Below, piece by piece: positions 1 to 12,785 of a stretch of 64,000 bases of DNA. Source of the stretch: Chrysomallon squamiferum (taxonomy: Eukaryota; Animalia; Mollusca). Where the stretch lies: positions 15,872,001 through 15,936,000 of the forward strand of contig CM022665.1 in the NCBI GenBank assembly GCA_012295275.1. Reading direction: 5' to 3'. Position numbers and translations under genes: made by a program. The notes under the pieces were generated by a model. That model was given only the letters and a program-made list of their open reading frames with translations. It had not been told where the DNA came from and did not search any database. The first letter of the stretch is position 1. Each line of letters opens with the position of its first letter.

Positions 1-2043
1 TATGTTCTTCTTCTGCTTCTTCTTCATTTTTTTTTTTTTTTTTTTTTTTTCATCTTCTGCACCACAATGTCAAAGTCTCGTCCCAAACTTCAAACTTGAC
101 AAGCTTTGCCATTACTGACGTCGGAATTTTGCTAAGTCGATTCCTAGAATTGATTGGATGTTGTCAGTAATTGTTCTAAATATCGTCAGTCTAATGTTAA
201 GTTGATTCACTGCATTGATCAGAGGGATAGCGCAAGCTTCATGACATTAGTGTAACGCCTCATCTTCCAGACCCACGGCCCGAAACAATGACCGTCTTGT
301 ACTGCTAGCCTGGGAACGTTCAACACAGATGATGTTTTCCAATAAAATAACTATGGAATTCTTTACGGATTTCGAATACACTGTGTTTAGACGGCAAAAG
401 GAAAATAGTTGACTGACCCCCCCCCTCCCTCACACCGCTCCAGGTTCTCATACACTTCTCACCTAGTCAAATAAAATGTTTTGTGTTAGATTATTTAAAC
501 CAGTGTATACTTTGATTTGTTCCATCAGTTATAATGTCTCGAGTTATATTAGCTCAATAAGTGTTTTTCTGATTTCATCGTTTTTATTTATTTATTTATG
601 TTTGTTTGTTTATTTACGTTTGTTTATTTGTCTATTTGTTCATTTATGTTAGTTTATTTCTTCGTTTATTCATTTAATTTGTTTGTTTTTTTTGTTGTTT
701 TTTGTTGTTATTAAAGCGTTCTTCATATGTATTGTTTAATTCAAATGTTTCATTAAAATAACTGCATCAGTGAAGCAACGAAGTTTTCTTTCGTGGACAC
801 GTATGTTTTGTACTGAGTTAATTATCCATTCATTAAACGCACTCTGTCATTCGTTCTCTCGTTCACTGTTCCTTTCGTTATTCACTGATTCGCTCGTTCT
901 TTCAGTATTTACTCCTTTTTTTCATTTACTGATATGTCTTGTCTGATATTTAATACAGCCCAGAATCAAGTCACTGCAGCTGAAAATTAAAGATACCTAT
1001 ACAGTGCTGAGAGGCTGTGATTTATACAAAATTGTAAATTCACTTATTGTAATATTAGTTGTTTTAATTTAAAAAAAAAAAAAAAAAAAAAGTAAAAAAT
1101 ATAATTGCTTCTGTTACAAAGCAAATTAAAAAAAGGAAGAAACATTTTGTTATTTCTGCTTATCCGTTTTTAAAGCAGGCACAGAGTAAAAGAAATTATT
1201 TTTTTATGAATTTTTTCTTTCTTTCGTAGCACAGTATATAATTCGTGCTATTAATTGTACTCTTATTTCAATGAGGTTAGGCAACAAACAAAGCAGAATT
1301 ACTGGTTTTAAAAGAAATATGATGATTAACATATGAAATGGACTGTTTCTGTTTTTAATTTATTTTATCCCAATTTGTATTACATTTTTAATTATAATTA
1401 CTCTCGTTCAAATTTTCTTGATTTATTAACTGTCGTGCGATATTGATGATATATATATAGCTACTGCGTGCGTAATTTTGAGCTTCTTTCTTCAGAGAAC
1501 TGCTTAAATTCGCCGCTTGTGGATGACGTCACTTGAGAGTCCTTGGTTAATGTGTCCGGTGACAGTGTTCGAGCAAGAGTTTTGACGAAACCATAATATA
1601 ATATATATATTGTTATGTGTATGTGTGTGTTAGCACTCGAAATTGTATCCGTAGGTAATTAAACGCTTATACAAACAAACAAAAAACAACATAACAAACA
1701 AACAAACAATCAAATAATCAAATATGCAAAACAATATATATATATATATAGAAACAGAAAAAACAAACAAAAAGATAAACAGATAGACAGGCAAAGAAAC
1801 AAAGAAATAAACAAATATAAATATAAAAATAAAAAATAAAAATAGACACACTAACATATAGACATATAAACAAATAAATATACAAAGAAAGAAAGAAAAA
1901 ACCAATACACATACAAACAAAATAAGAATTGAAGAAAAAAAAAAAAAAAAAAAAAAAAAAACAAACAAACAGATAAACAAACAGACAAACATTCTTTGTT
2001 GATGCCTTTTACAACTTTGGTAAATGAAATAGAAATCATTTAA

Positions 2044-2074
<31 letters not shown>

Positions 2075-2115
2075 TAATAAAAATAATAATAATGAAAAAA
2101 AATAATGATAATAAT

Positions 2116-2148
<33 letters not shown>

Positions 2149-3534
2149 AAAAAAAAAAAAAAAAAATATATAAAAAAAAAAAAATAAAAAATAAAAAATA
2201 AAAGAACGAAAGAACAAAAAATAAATAAATTAGAAATTAAAAGAAAATAAAAGTTATTAAACGAAAGATCCCAAACGGAAACGTCCATTTGCCAAAACAT
2301 GTTACATTTTATCTACCTATAACCGTGGACTCGTATGAAATGTTTATATTCTGCATGATGTAAGCCTGTCCCTAAAAACATTACTTTTATCCCGTTTTAT
2401 GCTTTTCTAGAACCATAAAAACATGACTAAAAGGATTATACAGTTTTATACAAAGTTCGAATTTTCTGATTCTGTCAAACTGCTCAGATAACACGAAACA
2501 GCAGAGAATAAAAAGAAAGAATATTTTAAATATATTTTTTTTAAAGCCTCGACTCTGTAGGCCTACAAAAGAGAATTGAAAATACATTTTGACAATTTTG
2601 CATAACCGTAAAAGCAGTATCTCGTTTCATATTACTTTTAAAGGTATAAAAATATTTTGTGAAAAAAGAGAAAGAAACGAAACAAAACCGAAAAAAAAAA
2701 GAGAAAAAAAAAAAAGAGAAGTAAAACTGTTCAAGGAGTCATCTCTGATTTAGAGATAAATATAATTGTTTAAAATAAATAAAATAATATAAATTAATGA
2801 ATAAAGTAATATATAAACAATTAAGTAGCTAGATAAATAAATGAATGAAAATAAATAATTAAAGTAATAAAATAAAATAAAGAAAAAATAAAATAAAAAC
2901 ACTTTACATTTATCAATAATATAATACAAATTTAATAAGTAAATAACAAAATAATATCAAGTAAATAAACCGTAAAGTACAGAAATAAATTAAATACAAA
3001 ACATATTAAAAACATTAAATAAAATTAAGTTAATAAATAATGAAGTAAACAAATAAATTAAATAAATAATAAATAAAATGGTACAAAATACATAACGTAA
3101 TGAATGAATAAATGTGTGAATAAAAGATAGATAAATAAACAAGCGAAAATGATAATAAACAAATGAGTAAATCAGTAAATGAATGAATAAGTAAAAGAGA
3201 AGCAGGAATCATTTTATTCTGATTAATTATTAGTTTAATGCATGAATGTCTGTCTGTCTGTATGTGTGAAAGTGTGAATATGTGAATGTGTGGATATTGT
3301 GTATGTATGTATGTAAGTATGTAGGCTTACGTGCATGTGTGTGTAGGTAATTAGAACCGACTCGCAGCGAATATTCCGAAGGAAACTCCAGCGGGTTATT
3401 TCCCGTTCCAGTCATGGCTCTTTGACATATAAACGTGTTATCTATGTGCAGATGTACATGAAAGATATATTCTACGTTGAATAAAACACAATTGAAGATT
3501 TTCTCTGAACGCCATATGAAGAAAATACCAAATT

Positions 3535-4005
3535 TAATGTTTGACATCCAACTGCCGATGATACAAAATTAATCAATTGTTTTAAACGATTAGAAGGGTC
3601 AGAGGTTAGACTTCCAATAGCCGATAATAAAAATAAAAAAATCAGTTATTTGACATCCAATAGTTACTGATGGAAAACTGACACTCCGTTCTGTTGACGT
3701 ATGAAATATCAAATCTATGGCATACAATACCTGATGACAGAAAATTAATCAATATTCTCCAGAGGTGTTAGAAAGGGTAAATGTTTGATATCAGCAGTCG
3801 ACTGTAGAAATGTAATAAATGTTAGCAATTAAACAAATATCTCATACTACAAGCTTGTGAATGAAAAGTAACAGGCGTGATCTGTTGGTATATTTAAACA
3901 AAGTTTAACTTTCAGTATCTAATAGTGCTGGGATCCAAGTGTTTCCTTTATCGTTAATAATTTTACTTTACCTTTAAGAACGTTAAACTTTGAATGCCTA
4001 ATAGG
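3535..4005 (+). repeat. Degenerate tandem array (~45-70 bp units) of a module with consensus close to ATGTTTGACATCCAATAGCCGATGACAGAAAATTAATCAAT; probable SINE 3'-end derivative
   Basis: Recurring cores at ~3542 (tgacatccaactgccgatga), ~3607 (tagacttccaatagccgata), ~3651 (tgacatccaatag), ~3718 (tggcatacaatacctgatgacagaaaattaatcaat) and ~3786 (tgatatcagcagtcga), with weaker ones at ~3912 and ~3990. The same module recurs at 54815-54834 (-) and 55511-55538 (+). Confidence 0.6.
3596..3608 (+). promoter_or_regulatory. DR1-type nuclear receptor element (GGGTCA-G-AGGTTA)
   Basis: Two RGKTCA-like half sites spaced by 1 nt; 12/13 identical to the reverse complement of the element at 25334. It lies inside the degenerate repeat array, so it may be incidental. 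Confidence 0.25.
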
Positions 4006-4264
4006 AGAAGCTATTGGGCCAGGACCATCAACTATGACAGTTTAACATTATGAATTACGACCCATCCCTGTCTTAACCCGATAATCATTAAACGCTTGCT
4101 TTGTAACTCGTCGATGATACTACAACACTTGAACACGGTTTAATTCATACCGCTTATTAACCGACTACAAGAACGTGTTTCGCTAGAGTAATAAAATAAG
4201 TGGTTTCAAAACAACTCTGGACGAGATTGAGAAAAATAGATATGTGTGTGTGTACCTATATATA

Positions 4265-4296
<32 letters not shown>

Positions 4297-4339
4297 GAAG
4301 AAGAAGAAGAAGAGGAAAAAAGAAAAAGAAAAAGAGAAG

Positions 4340-4865
4340 AAATCCTACCACGACAGCTATGCATTGAACTGTAGTGGCCCGCCCAACACACTACCCCATG
4401 AAGCACCTGAGTAAACAGACTAGAAGAAATGGAATGTCGGGACTATATCGCAGTGAAAAGCTTCACTACACGCTTTTCACAAAGAAGCTCAATCGAGTGT
4501 CAGTGTTCTTTTCTGGCATCACTCTGCTAATTACTGGGACAACCTCATTGAAATTCTGCACATACAGCGGAGCGACCCGAGCCGCGCAACGGGGCCGAGC
4601 GCGCCATTCAGCGCTTTTTCACGCGGTTGTCGTGATTTTACTTAACTCGGAGGGAGCGGCTTGTCAAATGGTGTCAACAAACCCGACTCCCGGCCATGTA
4701 GCCATGCTTTCACAGGCAAGAAGCCAAGCAGGAAAAGCAACAGCGCAGACCCACTCTCTCTCCTCACACACACGCACGCACGCACGCACGCACGCACACA
4801 CACACATACAACCCCATACTCAGCGTGAATAATTCTACCGTTATGACGCCGAACTGGCGCAACAG
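4340..4865. promoter_or_regulatory. GC/CpG-rich island, candidate promoter or enhancer
   Basis: One of the highest local CpG densities in the window (gcggagcgacccgagccgcgcaacggggccgagcgcgcc, ~4567-4605), followed by a (CACG)n tract. The overlapping 152-aa ORF has no recognisable domain. Confidence 0.4.
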
Positions 4866-6242
4866 TTTAAAACTGAATTAATAAGCTTTTTGGTGGTCTT
4901 CATTTGTTGAAAGGGTGGATGGATGAAGTTTGAAGGGAATGATGGCTAGATAGGCACTGAAGGGTGTGGTGGATAGTTAAGGATTGGAGGGTGGGATGAA
5001 TAGGCAGGGACTGAAAACTAAGTGTTTATGACTCCTTTGGAAGCATTCATATGCTTTTTCATTTTTTCTATCTTTATATTTTCTTCCTTCCTTTCCTTCT
5101 TATTTTAATTATCTGTTGTCATAAAAATAAACTACTATTACAACCATTACTACTACTGCATTTAAAACATCAACTATTACAACTGCTGCTGCTACTGCTG
5201 TTGTTGGTTTTTTTTTAATTTTTTTATTATGAAACTCCTTTCAAACAAATAAGAAAATGTGTAAGAAAAACATAATTAAATGAATACATGAGTAAATAAA
5301 TAAATAAATAAATAAATAAACCTACAAGTAAATACATACATACATATATTCATAAATAAATAAATGTAATAAATAAATAAAAAACAAATAAATAAACAAA
5401 CAAGCAAACAAATAAACAAATAAATGAATAAATGAATGAATGAATAAATAAATAAAACATGGAAATATGGAATTTTAAAATACTGCAGATGAAATGACAG
5501 TCTTGTTATTCACATTGATTGGCAGTATAACAAGCAATTCTGCTGAATATGCATGTACTGAAATATCTCGAAGTATCAGTATAACCTTTTTTGTTTTTGA
5601 ATAAATCTATGGTCAAAATAAAATGAAATAATTTTTCTTGTTTGCTACTAAAGAATAAAAAATTAAATTGCTACTTTACAACTATTATTATTATTGTTGT
5701 TGTTGTTGTTTTTATTGGTCTATTATTATTATTGTTATTAATACATTATTATATTTTATTATTGTTGTTGTTATTATTATTACTGCTTTTGTTATTACAA
5801 ATATTATATTTTATTTATTTTTTTATTTTGGAGAGGTGTTTGCTGCACTGATTAATAAACAGAAAAATAAAACATAAAAAAGAAGAAATGAAATAAAATA
5901 TAAAACAATTTATTAAATTTCTACTGATAGTATGAGGAGGATGAAAAGTAATAGTGGCAGTTGTAGTAGTAGTAGTATTAGTCGTAGGAAGAGGAGGAAC
6001 ACTAATAATAGCAATAGTGTCTGTAATAATAGTAGTAAAAGACTAGTAGCACCACTTGTAGTGATGTTGGTAGTAACAGTTGTAGTAGTAGTAGTAGTAA
6101 TAATAAATATTTAAATGAATAAAGTAAAAAAGTTTAAATGAATTTATTTATCATAATAAAAAGGAAAACTCATGAATATTTTTGGAAATAATAATAATAA
6201 TAATAATGGTGATGATGATGATGATGATGATAATAAAAATAA

Positions 6243-6279
<37 letters not shown>

Positions 6280-8574
6280 TGTAGCAGCAGAAGCAGTGGT
6301 ATTAATGGTAATAAGATAATAATGATAATGATAACAATGAACATGATGATGATAATATTAACAAAAAGAACAACAACAGTAATACAAATAATAGTAAAAT
6401 TCATAAGGCTACTTACCCAGTTCACCAAATACAATTCCAACAAAAATAAAATAAAATAAAATAATAAAATAACACATAAGAAAGAAATAATGATTAAACT
6501 AATAATAATAATAACAATAAATAAAAAAGAGCCAATATCCCCCCACAGCAATATAAATAAAATAACTCCAAAGATTTACAATTTATACATATGCAAATAA
6601 GAAATTAAATTTAAAGGGTGTTATTATTATTATTTTTTTATGTACCAGAGAAACATCTGCAACAAAAAGTTGATAGTCTGGTGAAACACTCAACAATCAT
6701 TCATAAAAATGGAAATGCCGTCAACAAACTGGACTGAGATTAAATTAAGAGTAACACGTTTTGGATACATTAATTATGACTTCACAACAATATGAAAGAA
6801 GAAGACTGTTGCAAAATTATTATTATTGTTATAAAGATATTTTTTTCTTATTCTTTTGTTTATTTGTATGCAGATGAAATTGATATGGCATGGAAAAAAA
6901 AGTGACTGAATGAATAAAACAAATAATAAAACTAAGAAAAACAAAGAAAAACAAATCAAGAAGAAAAACATATTAATTTTGTTAAATCATTGAAAAAGAT
7001 ATAAAAGTAAATAAAAAAGAAAACGAGAACAGAAAAAGAAAAACAACACATGAAAACAAAGGAAAAATATTTATAAAATATAAAAATAAAATAAACTGAA
7101 AATAAATAAAATAAAGCAAAACTGATAAAAAAAAAAAATAATAAAAAAATTAAAATTAAAAAATAGCCTCCGCATGCTCCCAATTGAATTATAAAAAACC
7201 CAAACCAACAAAAATATTAAAATTGTAGTGAAAGCAATATACATATATATGCACGCACAAACTGTTTATCGGAAGCTTCGAGTTATTTTGACTGGAAATA
7301 TGTATAGATATATCATTATTTAATGTTTCAGTTTTATATAGTAGTAGAAGTAATAATAATATGAAGGAGGAGAAGAATATCAACAAAATATATTTAAAAT
7401 TTCATTTAGTAATAAGAAAGATATGAAAAAGGCAATAGAAAACAGTTCTTTGTAAACAACAACAACAAAATAAATAAATAAATTAAAAAATTTAATAAAA
7501 AATATAAAAATATAAAAAATTAAATAAGTAAAAAAAAAAAAAAATTACAAACAGAAAGAAAAAATGAAAATGAAGAAAGAAGAGCCAGAGAAAAAAATGT
7601 ATTTAATTAATAAGGTTACACAATTGTGGATATAATAATAATAATAAATAATGATTTTGATGATGATAATAATATGTTGGTACTAGTAGAAAACAACAAT
7701 AACATGAATTTAAATATTAATTCATAAACTGACTATAATTACTATAAACATTTGTTCAAAACAAATTTTGTCTTTTACAAATTCTTCTTAGATTTATTAT
7801 TTGTTTATTTGTTTGTTTGTTTATGTGTCTGTGTGTGTGTGTGTGTGTGTTTATTTACTTATTCATAAGTTGATTTATTTATTTGCTTCCAGCTGCATGA
7901 TAACAATAATCAACAATAAAAAATAAAAGTAGTACATTAAAAACAAAAATAGTTTCATCCAGTGAGAAGTAAAGTAATATATTGTATATAAAGTAAAATA
8001 TTTTATGTAAAATGAAGTAAAACTTGTCCTGCACTATGATACAATACAATACTATAATACAAAACTATTAATTATTTATTTATTATTATTTTATTTTCTT
8101 AAAGATTAAAAATTGATTAATACTGAAAAACTGACATCATCATACTTATTTCAAGTAATATAAAGAGATAACTATGTATTACTTAATAACTGTAGTAGAC
8201 TAGTAGCAGTAGTAGTTACTGTGATATTAGTAGTAGTAGTAATAGCATCAGTAGTAGCTGATAAATAAATAAATAAATAAAAGCAGTGATTTAATTCTTA
8301 ATGCAATATTTGTAAGAACAACAAAAGGAAACAAACACACACACATAAAAAAAATAATAATAATAAAAAAAAGTAAAAATATAAACAAATAAATAAACAA
8401 AAGCTATCATAATATTATTATAACAAATATTGCACATCAAATAATAAATAAAATAAAAAATAATAATAATAAAAAAAATCTCCACAGATACATACATACA
8501 CTAAATACCGTGAAATATCAGTCGAATTTTAATGAGAAAGAAATGATCCATTCAAATTAAAACAGTTTTAACTG

Positions 8575-8636
8575 AAACGAGATACGAACCGACTGCCTGC
8601 CATCCCGCACTACAACCGCGTTACAAAGACTCGGTG
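8575..8636 (-). mobile_element. Degenerate tRNA-derived SINE head (Pol III B-box remnant)
   Basis: The minus strand reads accgagtctttgtaacgcggttg...gcagtcGGTTCGTATCTC. The last part resembles the B box GGTTCGANNCC, with a weak A-box-like stretch ~35 nt upstream. No cloverleaf can be formed. Confidence 0.3.
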
Positions 8637-9894
8637 ATGACAACAGGAATTAGCTTTGCAGACAAGCTTTTATTTAATTTGTTATTGTTGGCAGCGGACC
8701 AGTCGAATATCAAACAGTCATTCCCCCTTAAGAGGATAAAAAAAAAAAATTCTTATATTAATATGGCGATTAAGGCGGCGATAAACATGGCTACCACCCT
8801 TGAAATGTATGCGATTGTAAATCGTATATCATGGTATCATGTGTAATATTAACTTGTGTGGTCCGGGTGACGTTCAGGTAATTCCGATTTTCATCCTCGT
8901 TTTGAGTAAAGAAAGAAAGAACAGAAAAAAAAAAAAAAAAAAAAAGAAGAAGAAGTAAAAATAAACCACACTGTCACATTCGACTGTTACCCAGTTCTGC
9001 TGAGACGGAACTTGACAGAATGTATTATAAAGCGTAACTCAAGCCCAGTGACTGGTAGAAGACGAAGTCAAATTAGATATTAACAATTCAGCTTTTCGGA
9101 AATTTGAAACTCATATTTTTTTCTCCCCTTTTGGATCTTTTTTAAATTGAGCTTCCCGCGTTAGAATTATAATTGTGTAGTTTTATTGTTCAGGTTAGAC
9201 ACACAACTTGTGCAAATCTTTTGCTCCGCAGTCAAAGTGATGAACGTTAAGCTTGAGGCAACAAATTATTTTTTTTCTATAATTTTTATTTTTATTTTTA
9301 CAAAACCCGGCAAATTGTTACTGTTGTGCCTTTAACACGAAGTTGTGGATAGTGTTTCAACCACCCAATATCCCAATCAACTCAACTGGTACTCTGGTAA
9401 ATTCAGGATTAGTCTAACTCATTGAGGTTTTAATTGATAGGAAACGGGCGAACTGTACGGAGTTCATTTTTTTTCTCTTTTTTTTCTTTCGGGGGCCACG
9501 ATAGAATTTCAGAAAGCCGCGGGATCCTGAATGGCCGTGAAAATTGGTAATCACTTCTAATCATCGTGGCGGCGTAACCTTTTCATAATTCACTACTTGC
9601 CTCCGGCGATTCATGTGATATGTGGTTGGATTTCAGTTTAATTTGACACAGGCGTGTTGGCGGCTGCTGTTCATTTAGAACCTGCGAAGAATCTGCCGGG
9701 GTTCTCATTCGACACAAGCTGTTCACGTTATTGGCACCGATTACAAATTAATTAATATCAAAAACCAATAATTTCTCATAAATGTGCTTTATGGGATCGC
9801 GTACCATATGTCCATTTCCAGCAAGATGGTTTTGTCTGTCTTTTGTGTGTGTGTGTGTGTTTGTGTGCGAGTATGTATATATGTTTGTGAGCTC

Positions 9895-9896
<2 letters not shown>

Positions 9897-9960
<64 letters not shown>
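9897..9960. repeat. (AT)n microsatellite
   Basis: Perfect alternating AT over ~64 bp. Confidence 0.95.
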
Positions 9961-9963
<3 letters not shown>

Positions 9964-11559
9964 GTAGTTCTTCGATCAATCCCGTAACAATTAAAATGAA
10001 CTATTTTATTTTAAATTATCTGTTTTCTTTTCTTTCTTTCTTTTTTTTTCTTGAAAAAGGACCAGCATCACCATAATCACTAAAATCGTGACTAATGATA
10101 ATTATTTTTAAAAATTCTAAAATTCTAAAGTTTAAAACAAAAAATAAATAACGTAAACAAGCCATAAAATTATAATAATACTAATAATATTAATAACAAC
10201 AACAGTAATAATAATAATATTAATAATAATAATAATAATAATATCTTCGTTCCAAAGTTTAACTATATTATTCTATTTGTTTGTGATGTTCGTTTTTTTA
10301 AATAAATAAATAATAAAATTAATAAAAATTAAATATTAAAAAAAGAAAAGAAAAAAGAGTAATAACAACAAAAGCAAATCGACTAATTAATATAATGTCA
10401 ACGAAAAGAGATTTGTTTTACTTAGAAAAAAAACATTGTAATAAAACATTGTAATTAACAATCAACAAATAGATGGCTTTCTTTTTAATGCATAAATATT
10501 TACATGCTTATATGAAATTTAAAATTTCAAGCACCCCTTCATTGATCCAAAAACAAATGTTTATTTTGCTTGAAAGCATCATCAAAACATACAGATTTAT
10601 TTTTCTTTCACTATGTGTTCAAATTTAAACAGCTAGTGATTGTGACATATGTCATTATATGTTACGTTTTTCTATTACCAGTAAGGTATCTTTTTCATAG
10701 GTTTATTTATTTGTTTGTTTATTTGTTTATTTATTTATTTAAACATGTCAAAACATAATATATAATTTCAAAATGGTGCTAAACATGCTGACGTTGATGT
10801 TATGTCCTCGTAGCAATTGTAAGTTTTGTTTTGATACGTTTATTAACGATACAGTTGTCGTTGACGTTGTTAATGCCGTTGTGGTGTATATATCAATGAT
10901 GCTTGCATTGCTGAAGATTTTAGTGCTGTTGTGCATATGCTAAAGTTACGAGAGCCAATGTTGATGTTGATGTCGTTGTAGCTGATAATGCTGATGGCAT
11001 TCTGGTATATATTAATACTGCAGCTATACTCCATAATCTTATATAGCTGACGTTATTAGGGTTGTCGTAGTTATCAACCTATTCTGATTTAATATACTGG
11101 TAGGTTTTTAAATAGTTTAGAACCAGAATTTATACTATGGCGACCCAGTAAATTATTACAAAAGTTCAGGCTCGGATCCAGATTTTTTAAAGCAGGGGAT
11201 TGGAGGTAAACAACTTAGTTCATCTAAAGTTAATTTCTTTGAAAGATTAAAAGTAAATTTGATAGACTCTGTTAACATTGAAAGTCGATTTTAAGACGCA
11301 GAGGTGACGCCGACATATCCCTAAAAACCGCACCTAAAATGTATGCGACAACCATTATCTAAGTGGTTCACTATCAACCGACTGAATAGACGCAGGGAAA
11401 ACCATAAATTAACATATAAAAATGTACAATAAAAATTTATCTCTGAATAATATAAATAACATGGGTTGAGAGTACAAGGCTTCTACCTAGCTCCAAAAAT
11501 ACTCGACATTTTGTCAGTGGTTGCAGTTCAGTAACCATTTCACTGTTACAGAGTAACTT

Positions 11560-12445
11560 TGTTATAATAATTTTATTATATTATAAGAATTTTATTGTAT
11601 TATAATAATGTAGCGATTTCTATTACAATATAATAATGATTTTTGTTATTATAATAAAAGTATTTTATTATCATATTTTAGTGAATTTTATTATAATATT
11701 ATAATGTAGTTATTTTATTATAACATTATACTAGTAGTGATTTTTATTATAATATTATACTTGTAGCGACTTTCATTATAATATAATGATTTTTGTTATA
11801 AAATTACACTAGTGATTTTTATTATAATATTATACTTGTAGTGATTTTGTAGTGAAGTTTATTATAAACGATTTCTAGTGATTTTTTTATATTGTTATAC
11901 TTATAGTTATTTTTCTTATAATATACTTGTAGTGACTTTTATTATAATATTAGTGATTTTGTAGTGAAGTTTATTATAAACGATTTCTAGTGATTTTTTT
12001 ATATTGTTATACTTTTAGTTATTTTTCTTATAATATACTTGTAGTGACTTTTATTATAATATTACACTTATAGTGATTTGTGTTACAAAATTAAACTTGT
12101 AGTGATTTTTATTATAATATTATACTTGTACTGATTTTATTATATTATTATACTGTAGTTATTTTTATTATAATATTATACTAGTAGTGATTTTTATTAT
12201 AATATTATACTTATAGTGATTTATATTTCAAAATTATACTTGCAGTGTTTTTTATTATAATATTATACTTATAGTGATTTATATTACAAAATTATACTTG
12301 TAGTTATTTTTATTATGATATTATACTTCTAGTGATCTTTATAATGATAATATACTCTCGTGATTTTATTATAATATTATATCTGAAATGATTTTGCATT
12401 ATAATATTTTGCTTCTAGCGATATTTACTATAATATTATACTTGT
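11560..12445. repeat. AT-rich minisatellite, ~29-31 bp unit (TTTTATTATAATATTATACTTGTAGTGAT), with an internal 112-bp duplication
   Basis: The unit recurs more than 20 times with variation; 11841-11952 is repeated at 11953-12064 with one mismatch seen. Confidence 0.92.
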
Positions 12446-12503
12446 TTATTTATCATCATCATCTATTTATTTGTTTGGTCATTTATTTATTTATTATTAT
12501 TAC

Positions 12504-12556
<53 letters not shown>

Positions 12557-12772
12557 CACAATATAAATAAAACAGTCACCTTACTGAAAGTTAATTTAAA
12601 AAGAAGAAAAACAGAATTTAATTTTAAAACTATTCTTTTAAATTTTAGCGTAGTTCCTATAATAAATTAAAAGGCAACGAACAACACACGCCATATAAAA
12701 TTAATCTTTTGACGTGCAAAGGTTAAAAAACCAAAAAAAAAAAAAAAAAAAAAATTAAAATAAAAAGCGTAT

Positions 12773-12785
12773 TGAACTTTGACCT
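12773..12785 (-). promoter_or_regulatory. DR1 nuclear receptor element (TGAACT-T-TGACCT)
   Basis: The minus strand reads AGGTCA-A-AGTTCA, the classical DR1 form bound by the HNF4, COUP-TF and RXR families; it lies within a complex island. Confidence 0.4.

Noticed and set aside
1630-2300. 195-aa and neighbouring F/I/L-rich ORFs, and similar ones at 13332-13845, 23119-23502 and 53052-53723
   Set aside because: These are translations of A/T tracts and microsatellites that lack stops by composition; the hydrophobic, membrane-like look is an artefact.
4374-4832. 152-aa ORF across the GC-rich island
   Set aside because: It has a non-ATG start and no recognisable domain, and runs into a (CACG)n repeat; local GC richness explains the open frame.
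11805-11822. ACTAGTGATTTT, resembling part of miR-7
   Set aside because: It is part of the minisatellite unit, with no seed region and no precursor hairpin.
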